A stretch of 64,000 nucleotides of DNA from a virus, in IMG/VR virus record IMGVR_UViG_3300045988_180769, positions 1 through 64,000 of that record; one strand, 5' to 3'. Each line of letters opens with the position of its first letter. The stretch's first letter is position 1. This document shows positions 7,569 to 15,825 of the stretch, one piece after another. The notes under the pieces were generated by a model. It was given only the letters and a program-made list of their open reading frames with translations. It was not told the origin of the DNA and searched no databases. Position numbers and translations under genes: made by a program.

Positions 7569-8206
7569 AAATTCTTTTTTATTTGATTAATAAATTCTTT
7601 TGCATTTTCTGGAACTTTTGCATTTTTAATTCCAGAATTCTCTTTTGCCCATAGAGGCTGTAAATTTCTGTAATTGAAGCAAATGTATAGTTGAGTTTCA
7701 TCGATTAAATTAAAATAACTTCTTGGAATGATATGATCAATCTGCCATCCTTCCTTTCCTCCATAATTATCCCAATTCATTTCTTCTTGAAATTGTTGTT
7801 CAAGATGTCGCTTTAAATGCTCAATTGAACAACCAAGAACTTTTAATAAACTTTGATACCAATTACATTTGTCAGGTTTAGTAGGTGGTATATTCAAAGC
7901 CTTGTATAATCTATTCGTATATAGCATTGAAGTTCTATAATTCTCATCTTGATATCTCTTTTTACTTCTCAAAGACTCTGCACCATTTTCTTGACGTTTT
8001 TGCCTTACTTTCTTTTGAGTAGACTTTCCTTTTTGTGATTGTCTATAATTCTTTTCTACTTCTTTTCCTCTTTCAGATTGTTTATAACGCATTTTTGCAG
8101 GCATGGCACATTCTTTGCATATGTAATATAAACCATCTTTATATGTTTTACATTTAAAAAAGTCTGTTTCATCCTTGTTTTTATTACATTTTGGACAATA
8201 TTTCAT
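7565..8206 (-). CDS. free-standing HNH endonuclease with an N-terminal zinc finger
   Basis: CPKCNKNK...YICKECA, then WQIDHIIPRSYF...NYRNLQPLWAKENSGIKN (H-N-N). Paralogue of 26371..27066. Confidence 0.85.
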   Translation of the reverse strand: MKYCPKCNKNKDETDFFKCKTYKDGLYYICKECAMPAKMRYKQSERGKEVEKNYRQSQKGKSTQKKVRQKRQENGAESLRSKKRYQDENYRTSMLYTNRLYKALNIPPTKPDKCNWYQSLLKVLGCSIEHLKRHLEQQFQEEMNWDNYGGKEGWQIDHIIPRSYFNLIDETQLYICFNYRNLQPLWAKENSGIKNAKVPENAKEFINQIKKNL

Positions 8207-8208
8207 AT

Positions 8209-9132
8209 TTAATCTTCTATTGAATAAACTACCTTTGTTCTTTCACTCAAACAAGTTAAAGCATGTATCATAAGATCTTTAACTCCTATTTTATTGTCTC
8301 CTTCTTCGATCTCCTCAAAAGAAAGATTTTTATTTTTTCTTTTATCCTTCTCCATCTTCTCATATCGAGACCTTCTTACTTTCATAGGAACGCACATAAC
8401 AATGATGTCATAATCAATCATTTGATCGAATGATTTTAGAACACCTTCTAATATACTAATTTGTCTACAACCAACAATGTAAATGTGTTTACTTTCTTGA
8501 AAAGGATTGTTCACTATTTCCATTATCTTATAATAGATGTTTTGAACAATCAAATTATCCAATGATCTATCAAATACTCTCGAAGTTGATGAAGTGATTT
8601 CTTGTACAATCTTACCAACTTCAATTGTGCAATCCAATACCTCTTTATTCTTTTGTACATAAGTTGTCTTTCCAGAAAAAGCCTCTCCTATGACAAAAAT
8701 AATTTTAGGAATTGGTTTTGTTGACTTCTTTTCTGGTATAATCGTCTCTATCAATTCTTTTCGCACACTCTTAATATCTTGTTCTACAATAGCATAGTTT
8801 TCGCCATCTTCACTTACTTTTACGCTGTCAAAACCAAATTGTATCAAGATCTCTTCAGCGATCATCTCACAGGATTTAGGACCAAAAGAACATACACCAA
8901 TGGTTTTATCTGGATAAGAGCTTAAAATCCATTGCTTTACTCTTCTATTAAGAATAATGAATTCTTCATCACGATCATTATGATTCACTCTCTTTCTACA
9001 TTCAATCTTAAATAGGTGTCTATGAGGATATTCAAGAAAACCAACTTCCTCACCATGATTTTTTGATGCTGTTGGATAATTGTGAAAACCTTCAACTTCT
9101 AATTTTATTCCTACAAATGCTTTCATAATCAA
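8209..9132 (-). CDS. QueD/PTPS-like domain fused to a P-loop NTPase/kinase-like domain
   Basis: The N-terminus (GFHNYP...FLEYPHRHLFKIE) resembles PTPS/QueD-like phage proteins. The C-terminus carries Walker A (GEAFSGKTT) and a hydrophobic strand (IYIVGC). Confidence 0.55.
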   Translation of the reverse strand: MIMKAFVGIKLEVEGFHNYPTASKNHGEEVGFLEYPHRHLFKIECRKRVNHNDRDEEFIILNRRVKQWILSSYPDKTIGVCSFGPKSCEMIAEEILIQFGFDSVKVSEDGENYAIVEQDIKSVRKELIETIIPEKKSTKPIPKIIFVIGEAFSGKTTYVQKNKEVLDCTIEVGKIVQEITSSTSRVFDRSLDNLIVQNIYYKIMEIVNNPFQESKHIYIVGCRQISILEGVLKSFDQMIDYDIIVMCVPMKVRRSRYEKMEKDKRKNKNLSFEEIEEGDNKIGVKDLMIHALTCLSERTKVVYSIED

Positions 9133-9386
9133 TAAGTTATATTAAATCTTCTTTTTTCGTTCTCTTTTGTTATTCCATATGTCGCACAATATTTTTTCTT
9201 CTTTGTTTGACATAATGTTACAGGGCCTTTGTAAATACATTTACCATCAAGGAACAATCTCATGATCTTTTGACCATTTATGTTCTTGTTCCTTTTCACT
9301 CTTTCTATGACTTCTTTTGTCACTTTATCATCTACCCAACCATTTTTGTGATAGATGAAATCTTTAAGTTCCTTTTCCATCTTCAA
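9129..9386 (-). CDS. hypothetical protein
   Basis: 85-aa ORF with a 4-nt overlap with its neighbour. Confidence 0.5.
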   Translation of the reverse strand: MKMEKELKDFIYHKNGWVDDKVTKEVIERVKRNKNINGQKIMRLFLDGKCIYKGPVTLCQTKKKKYCATYGITKENEKRRFNITY

Positions 9387-9708
9387 TCATTGGTTGAATT
9401 ATACATATTGGAATTGATGGATATTGTAAAACAAGTGGAATATGATCTTTATATTGATGTAAAGTCTTTCCACTTATCTTTTCAATAAGATCTTTAAATA
9501 TCTCCCTTCCTATTGTGATATACAAAGGTTTAGGTTTGTAAGATGCATCTTTTTCAAGTTCAATATGTTGAATCCTCATATGAATTTGTAGAGCTTCTTT
9601 ACATGGAAGATATTGCTTTAATTCCTTAATCTTATTAGCACTCACTAATGTTATCTTGTATTCCTTCACTTTTACAGGAATATACATTTTCGCTACTTCT
9701 TTTTCCAT
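9364..9708 (-). CDS. hypothetical protein
   Basis: 114-aa ORF. Start uncertain because it overlaps 9635..9910. Confidence 0.45.
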   Translation of the reverse strand: MEKEVAKMYIPVKVKEYKITLVSANKIKELKQYLPCKEALQIHMRIQHIELEKDASYKPKPLYITIGREIFKDLIEKISGKTLHQYKDHIPLVLQYPSIPICIIQPMIEDGKGT

Positions 9709-9910
9709 TACTCACTTTTTTATAAATACCATAACCAATTCTTTTTAGTTCTCCATTGTCACACTTTCTCTTCAAAGTCATATCGATTGCTGTTCGAATA
9801 GAAGTTGGTTTGCAATCTTGTAACTTTCGAACAAGTGTAGCTCTTTCTACAATTTCTTTTGAATTGTCAATAAGCTCTCCAACGATTTCAAAGTATGTCT
9901 TTCCTCTCAT
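9635..9910 (-). CDS. hypothetical protein, possibly winged-helix DNA-binding
   Basis: 91-aa ORF. ATLVRKLQDCKPTSIRTAIDMTLKRKCDNGELKRIGYGIYKK looks like a wHTH. Weak. Confidence 0.4.
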   Translation of the reverse strand: MRGKTYFEIVGELIDNSKEIVERATLVRKLQDCKPTSIRTAIDMTLKRKCDNGELKRIGYGIYKKVSNGKRSSENVYSCKSEGIQDNISEC

Positions 9911-9913
9911 AGT

Positions 9914-12472
9914 TTAAATATAACAATAAATTAATTCTTCTTTTGCTCTTGTAATTGCCACAAACTTCAAACACATTTCACTGTAGTATGCATCTTGTGT
10001 AATAGCATGTGGATTTGGAATTAGGTTTGGATTCAAAAAGAACACTTTGTTCGCTTCGAGCCCTTTTGACTTATGTATTGTACTTAATACCACTCCTTCA
10101 ATATCCTCTGTATAAATTTGTTTTATATGAGTTTCAAGTGAATCAAGATTATTCCATATCTTATATAGTTGAAATAAAATAGAACACTTTTCAACGAGAT
10201 TTATGTATGTAGGATTTTGAATTGCAACTTGATAAGATATTCCTTTCTCCATAAGTTTATTCACCTTCTCTTCTTTTAGAGCTTCTAAATCCTCAATCTT
10301 TTCAATCTTATCAAGAATTGCACAAAGTGCATCACCAAAGTCTTTTCCCTTTATTGTAGCTTTTACTCCTCTTTCGAGTAATGCTATGAATGCATCAATG
10401 AGTGGAAGATTGTTTCTACACAATACAAAGTCACCATCTTTTGCTTCTATCACATCACCATTTCTCACCAAACCTTCTATCGCATTAGGTGCACATTCAA
10501 TCCCACTTGAAAACACAGTTTTAGCTTCTTCTACTATTCTTTTTGCACAACGATAAGAAACATCGAGTGGTAAGGTTATTGTGTTTGGTAGATTTTCTAA
10601 CAATCTAAAATTTGATACACTTGATCCTTGGAACGCATAGATGTTTTGCCTTGGATCGCCAACTGCAATAAATCGACCAAATCGAGGCTTTAAATATCTT
10701 AATAGAAGTTCCCTTTGAATTACATTCATATCTTGTACTTCATCAGCGACAACTACATCGTATTTTGGAAAATCTTCATCATTCACTAAAATATATGGTA
10801 ACCACAACATATCAGTGAAATCCATTTGAAACTCTTTATTTCCATTGATCTTTTTCGCTTTCTTCATCCATTCTTCGTCAATCAATCGAATATCCTCTAC
10901 CATTCTTTCTCGAAATTCGATTTCCTTACCAATGCAAATGTTCATTATATCGTTCTCATAATCAACAAGTAGATTCATTCTTACTACATTCCATATATCT
11001 TGTAATTCAAAAAGATATCTCATTTGTTGTTTATAAGGAAGTTCTTTGAGATCAAGAATCTTCTTTGCGAGTACAAAACATTTATTCTCGTTCAACTTCA
11101 TTGTAAATGAAAAGTTGTAAAAAAGCACCTTTAGACCTTTGGCATGGAAAGTGTTAACTTCCACTCTTTCAGGAAGTCTACTTCTCAATTCCTCAGCAAT
11201 ACTCTTATTGAATGCCATGAAAAGAGATCTTTTTGTTATAGGTGTTCTTCGACAACATTCAACGATTGTTGTGGTCTTTCCTGAGTTATGAGTTATTGTA
11301 AAATCTCCTAAAACAAATCTTTGGTCTTTATCTACTGAAAAACCATACCAATCATCTATTTCTAATTTTTCAATTGAAAATCCAGTATGAAGAACGTTTT
11401 TAATTTGTCTTCTTGGTAACGCTTGTTTTCTTTTTAATTTTGTAGGAATTATTGATAAATCTCCAGAAATTGATATTAAATTATATTGTCCTTCAAAATT
11501 GATAGACTTTATTCTTCTTATAACTTTTTTAGAATAAGCTGCTAAACCAACGCTTCTACATAAATATAAGATTACATCTTTCAAATGATCGTATTTTGTC
11601 GTAATTTCAAAATAACCTGAACTTAAATTTCCATGAGTATCTCTAACTGTTGAATAACCATCTCCATCTAATAATCCAGCTAAAAATGCTAAACGATTTT
11701 CAAAAGAATTTATATAATATTCTTGAGGAACAATAATATCATTTCCTCTAAAAAGTTTAGAAAGTTTGTTCCATAAGGGGTTCGAATTTTTACCAGTTTC
11801 TTTTGTAGAATAATCTATGCACCAACAATTCCCTTTTTGCTTCGTTTTTCTTACAATCAACTTATTTTCTCCTTGAATATGAAAATTTTCCAAATATTCA
11901 AGAATTTCTAAATCGTCACAATTTACTGAAAGTTGACATTTATTCACTTGCTTTGTTCCATCAGCAAACCATAATCCTACAAAATAAGGATCTAAATCTA
12001 AATCTTTATATTTAAAATCAATTTTCGCTCGTTGCAAAAACAAATAAGATACATTTCCTTTTGGTGTTAACTTTCTATTTAAAATCTTATCCATTGGATA
12101 ATCTACTAAAGCAGTCTTGTGTTTAGAACATTTACTTTTCTTCATTTGAGCGTTAATATATTCATCCCAAACAGTTAAAATATGTTTGTCATTACATATC
12201 CATTCTTCTCCTTTTGTAGGTTTAATCTTATACAATTGACTTCGACCTTTGTGTATTTGCAATACATTGCGAGGTGTCGAATCGACACCCATTACTTGAT
12301 CTCCAATTTTGATATCTTGAACTTTTTTCAAAGAACCATCGTACATAAGAATATTAGTATCTTTTCCTAAACATCCTGCTGTAGCGTCTACAACGAGATT
12401 CTTTTTAGTGCATTCATAATTATCAAAAATGGTTTCTTGTCTAAAACTCCATTTGTTTGTTCCCATAATCAT
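9914..12472 (-). CDS. UvrD/PcrA-like SF1 DNA helicase, interrupted by an intein in Walker A
   Basis: After removing the intein, the extein reads DATAG|SGKTT. Downstream motifs are VVADEVQDMN, VGDPRQNIYAFQGS, VSYRC, STIHKSKGLE and VAITRAKEEL. Confidence 0.9.
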   Translation of the reverse strand: MIMGTNKWSFRQETIFDNYECTKKNLVVDATAGCLGKDTNILMYDGSLKKVQDIKIGDQVMGVDSTPRNVLQIHKGRSQLYKIKPTKGEEWICNDKHILTVWDEYINAQMKKSKCSKHKTALVDYPMDKILNRKLTPKGNVSYLFLQRAKIDFKYKDLDLDPYFVGLWFADGTKQVNKCQLSVNCDDLEILEYLENFHIQGENKLIVRKTKQKGNCWCIDYSTKETGKNSNPLWNKLSKLFRGNDIIVPQEYYINSFENRLAFLAGLLDGDGYSTVRDTHGNLSSGYFEITTKYDHLKDVILYLCRSVGLAAYSKKVIRRIKSINFEGQYNLISISGDLSIIPTKLKRKQALPRRQIKNVLHTGFSIEKLEIDDWYGFSVDKDQRFVLGDFTITHNSGKTTTIVECCRRTPITKRSLFMAFNKSIAEELRSRLPERVEVNTFHAKGLKVLFYNFSFTMKLNENKCFVLAKKILDLKELPYKQQMRYLFELQDIWNVVRMNLLVDYENDIMNICIGKEIEFRERMVEDIRLIDEEWMKKAKKINGNKEFQMDFTDMLWLPYILVNDEDFPKYDVVVADEVQDMNVIQRELLLRYLKPRFGRFIAVGDPRQNIYAFQGSSVSNFRLLENLPNTITLPLDVSYRCAKRIVEEAKTVFSSGIECAPNAIEGLVRNGDVIEAKDGDFVLCRNNLPLIDAFIALLERGVKATIKGKDFGDALCAILDKIEKIEDLEALKEEKVNKLMEKGISYQVAIQNPTYINLVEKCSILFQLYKIWNNLDSLETHIKQIYTEDIEGVVLSTIHKSKGLEANKVFFLNPNLIPNPHAITQDAYYSEMCLKFVAITRAKEELIYCYI
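11285..12373 (-). mobile_element. class 1 intein (363 aa) with a LAGLIDADG homing endonuclease, in the helicase P-loop
   Basis: Starts CLGKDTNILMYDG (Cys1, aa 34) and ends FTITHN followed by Ser+1 (aa 396/397). LAGLIDADG motifs are YFVGLWFADGT and LAFLAGLLDGDGY. Confidence 0.9.
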
Positions 12473-12939
12473 TCTAAATCTTGTTCATAATCTATAAAGT
12501 TCTTATAATTAGCCAACACATCTGCGACTGCGTTGCCATATACAATAGGGTCACTTAAATCTTTATCATGTCCTTTATGCCAATTTAATCGAATTCTCAT
12601 CTTTTTTCTCTTATTGAGTTCTTCGACAACTTTCTTCCAAAGATCGACATTAGAACACCCTTCCCAATCATCTTGTATATATTGAAAGAGTTTTTTCATA
12701 CCTTCCACAACATATTGACTATCGCTCCATATTGTGACATTCATTGGTTGAGTTTCACTTAATGATTCTATAGCAATGAGAAAAGCTCTTAACTCACATC
12801 TACTTATAGTTGTGTTACAATAACCTTTTTGAAGAAAATACTCTTCTTCTTTATGTTGGATATAAATACCACAACCACCTTTTCGAATTTTCCAATAACA
12901 CGATCCATCGATAAAGATTGTTAGTTGTTTTCTTTCCAT
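12469..12939 (-). CDS. rnhA: ribonuclease HI
   Basis: IFIDGSC...CGIYI, ELRAFLIAIE, IWSDSQYVV and WHKGH...NAVADVLA follow the RNase H D-E-D-D pattern. Confidence 0.85.
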   Translation of the reverse strand: MERKQLTIFIDGSCYWKIRKGGCGIYIQHKEEEYFLQKGYCNTTISRCELRAFLIAIESLSETQPMNVTIWSDSQYVVEGMKKLFQYIQDDWEGCSNVDLWKKVVEELNKRKKMRIRLNWHKGHDKDLSDPIVYGNAVADVLANYKNFIDYEQDLE

Positions 12940-12940
12940 G

Positions 12941-12971
12941 TCTAAAGATACTAAATATTTATCACTTTCAA
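12941..12971 (-). promoter_or_regulatory. promoter candidate abutting the rnhA ATG (possible leaderless transcript)
   Basis: On the minus strand, TTG at 12971-12969 and TATCTTTA at 12950-12943, then GAC and the ATG at 12939. Confidence 0.45.
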
Positions 12972-15821
12972 CTATTTCTTGTTCCTACTTTTATCTTTGA
13001 TTTTCTTTATGAGAAGCGTATCTGTCGATTCGTCATTATTAATTATTGTGTCGATTCCTTTATTCACTGCATCAGTAATTTTTATCTTATAATCAAGAAT
13101 TTCTCTTGTCTCAACATCTATTGTTTCTTGTGACATGAGATAATATGCATTCATATTATGAACTTGACCCATCCTATCAATTCTCGCTGTCGCTTGTTCA
13201 AGTTCAGTTGGGGTTTGTGGCAATTCAATAAAAACTATATTATAACAACAATCTTGTAGACCATCTATTCCTGTAGAAAGTGTTTCCATGTTTGCAAATA
13301 AAAATTGTTTGTCTCTCTTCCAATTCTCTACTTTATTCATCTTTTCTTCAGTACTTCCACCACCAACAACCAATTCACTATATTTTGAAAATTCCTTATA
13401 CAATTCTTTCAATGGTTCTTTCATCATACCAAATACAATGAGCTTCAATTCTTCATCACTTTCTCTCCAATCTTTCAAAAATTGTATGATGAACTTTGTT
13501 TTTCCTTTTATAGAGAGTCTCTTTAAATTTGTCAATCTTACCAAATGTTCTGCGTTTTTTGCTTTTTCTGCAGCTTCAATATCAATTCCTTCAAGATACT
13601 CAATAAAGTTCTCCTCAGCCATTTTGTATTCTTTCTTATTGGTAATGGAGCAATCAATCGTTTGTTCAATAATGGGTGGAAGTTCTTTTAATACCTCTCT
13701 TCTTTCTTTTCTAAAATAACAATAATGTCTTAATATCTCATTAAGTTCCAATGTATAAGATGCTCCAGTGACATTAAGTCCAAAAGGTGTCATTTTAGCA
13801 TTACAATATCTATAAAGAAAATATTTTAAATCTGGAAATATCTTATCAAACTTACCAATGATCTTGAGAACACTAATGATTTCTTGTGGTCTATTCATTA
13901 TGACTGCTCCACTTAAAGCAACGATCTTGTTTGATTGCTTTGCAATCTTTTCTACTGCCTTAGATCTCAATGCCTTTGGATTTTTACACAAGTGAACTTC
14001 ATCTAAAATCAATGCTTCCCAATCTTTTAACAATTCTTCACCATATCTAATCTTTACATCTTTTTTGTCACCATCACTATTTTTCTCAAACAAAAAGTCA
14101 TAATTAATCACTGTCACATCAACTTCCCAATCGACATTCTTTGAACTTTTCGAATCAAGTATATGAAGTGTTCTTTTTGGATTACATCTTTTCCACTCTC
14201 TTTCCCAACTTGTTTTTACAGTAGAAGGACAAACAATAATGCATGGAAATAAATCAAGTAACTCTACAAAAGCAATTGTTTGTCTTGTATTGTGAGTTAA
14301 TATGATATCTTCTCCTGAAGCATATAAAGCGTCTTTATTAGAAACTTTGATACATTGCATTTCTTTTTCACCTACATATTCGATAGATTTTATCGCTCTA
14401 CAAGGCTCTTGTCTATTTTCTTTCAACAACTTTACTTTTCGTGATAGTCTACAAGGTAAAAATTTTTTAGGTAATTTTAATACTGTTCTATAAACATCTT
14501 TACATTCGATTATCTTTCCATCTTTATCTTTATAATGAGTTTTCATTGACCAAATTTTTCTTGATGTTCCTCCTAAACTTTTTGCAATAAATGCAACTTG
14601 TTCTGTTAGTTTTTTAGAAACACAAGCAAATTCTATTAAACCATTCTTTGAAACATATCCATCTGAGTCTATTAAACCTTGTAATATTGACAATCTTACT
14701 TCTGCTGTGTTATATAAATATTCTACTGGAATTTCTTTTTCGTGTGCACATTTATTCATCAATCCATAACTATCTAATCTCTCTCTAATCTTAGACATAT
14801 CTTTGCCACATAGATTAAAATCAATTGAACCTTTTGCATTTTCATTCCAAGTAACGTTTTCTTCAAAGTGCAATCTTTTAAATACTTCCTCTTGGTCTTG
14901 ATGTGCAATAGTTACCATGATTCGATTTCTTCTTAAACAACCATCTCCTAATAAGTAACCTATAATATAAGGATCTATAGAAGTTTCTTTTGAAGGAAAA
15001 TTCATTTCTTTAATCATCGGAAGTCTCCACCAATACACTCCATGATTGTGTCTATAATATGATTTATCTTGATCGACTCCCTTACCTCTTAATCCAGTTT
15101 GCATAATCTCTTTTAAAGAAACTGTTTTAAGTTTGCGAGATTTATATCCATTTGTTTTTCCATACCATAATGTCCACAAATGATCATCACAACATTCCAC
15201 TTGCGAATCATCTGAAAAAACAACTTTATAGCACTCCTTTTTACCTTGAGGATAAATATGTTCTACAACCTGAAGTTGACCATCACTACCAAAAATTTTA
15301 TCTCCCTCTTTCAAATCTCCAAATAAACAAGGTCCTTTTTCAGTATAAATTATCATATCTAAAGGCTGTGCTTTTCCTAATCCCATTGAACAACCATTAA
15401 TACAATTAGCGTGATTTATCATATATGTCAATCCCTCTAATTGATAATCTCTTAAATTTAATGGTAAGTTGAGACATTCAATCATTTCCTCTACCAATTC
15501 CTCATCGACAGCATTTTCAATAGGTTTTAATTCAATTTCTCTTGATTGAATAACTCGTCCTTTCTCGAAACCATTTTCTTCGAGAAATCCTTTTAGCAAC
15601 AAAGACTTTTCGAGTCCAAGTTGTAAATACCATTCTTTTGTTGCAGGATTATATTTTGCTCCAAAATCTTTCTTCATCTTTGTTGCGAGATAAGGTCTAT
15701 AATCGAAGCCAATATATATCCAATCTTTTTCTCTATAATAATATCTCATAGGTCTTTTTAAATAGATAAAGAGGGAATTTTGTTTCTCAACACAACTCCC
15801 TCTGCAATTATGACAATCCAA
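12972..15821 (-). CDS. SNF2-family helicase/ATPase, interrupted by an intein in motif I
   Basis: The extein reads DYQLEG...MGLGK|TRQTIAF. Later motifs are ILDEVHLCKN (DExH), SGAVIMNRPQE, and the C-terminal helicase motifs LSTGIDGLQ and QATARIDRMGQ. Confidence 0.9.
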   Translation of the reverse strand: MDCHNCRGSCVEKQNSLFIYLKRPMRYYYREKDWIYIGFDYRPYLATKMKKDFGAKYNPATKEWYLQLGLEKSLLLKGFLEENGFEKGRVIQSREIELKPIENAVDEELVEEMIECLNLPLNLRDYQLEGLTYMINHANCINGCSMGLGKAQPLDMIIYTEKGPCLFGDLKEGDKIFGSDGQLQVVEHIYPQGKKECYKVVFSDDSQVECCDDHLWTLWYGKTNGYKSRKLKTVSLKEIMQTGLRGKGVDQDKSYYRHNHGVYWWRLPMIKEMNFPSKETSIDPYIIGYLLGDGCLRRNRIMVTIAHQDQEEVFKRLHFEENVTWNENAKGSIDFNLCGKDMSKIRERLDSYGLMNKCAHEKEIPVEYLYNTAEVRLSILQGLIDSDGYVSKNGLIEFACVSKKLTEQVAFIAKSLGGTSRKIWSMKTHYKDKDGKIIECKDVYRTVLKLPKKFLPCRLSRKVKLLKENRQEPCRAIKSIEYVGEKEMQCIKVSNKDALYASGEDIILTHNTRQTIAFVELLDLFPCIIVCPSTVKTSWEREWKRCNPKRTLHILDSKSSKNVDWEVDVTVINYDFLFEKNSDGDKKDVKIRYGEELLKDWEALILDEVHLCKNPKALRSKAVEKIAKQSNKIVALSGAVIMNRPQEIISVLKIIGKFDKIFPDLKYFLYRYCNAKMTPFGLNVTGASYTLELNEILRHYCYFRKERREVLKELPPIIEQTIDCSITNKKEYKMAEENFIEYLEGIDIEAAEKAKNAEHLVRLTNLKRLSIKGKTKFIIQFLKDWRESDEELKLIVFGMMKEPLKELYKEFSKYSELVVGGGSTEEKMNKVENWKRDKQFLFANMETLSTGIDGLQDCCYNIVFIELPQTPTELEQATARIDRMGQVHNMNAYYLMSQETIDVETREILDYKIKITDAVNKGIDTIINNDESTDTLLIKKIKDKSRNKK
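14289..15371 (-). mobile_element. class 3-type intein (361 aa, Ala1, WCT triad) with a LAGLIDADG endonuclease
   Basis: Begins AQPLDMIIYT right after GLGK. Block B is CDDHLW (Trp two residues after His), block F is MQCIKV (Cys), and it ends LTHN followed by Thr+1. LAGLIDADG motifs are IIGYLLGDGCL and ILQGLIDSDGYV. Confidence 0.8.
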
Positions 15822-15825
15822 TTTG

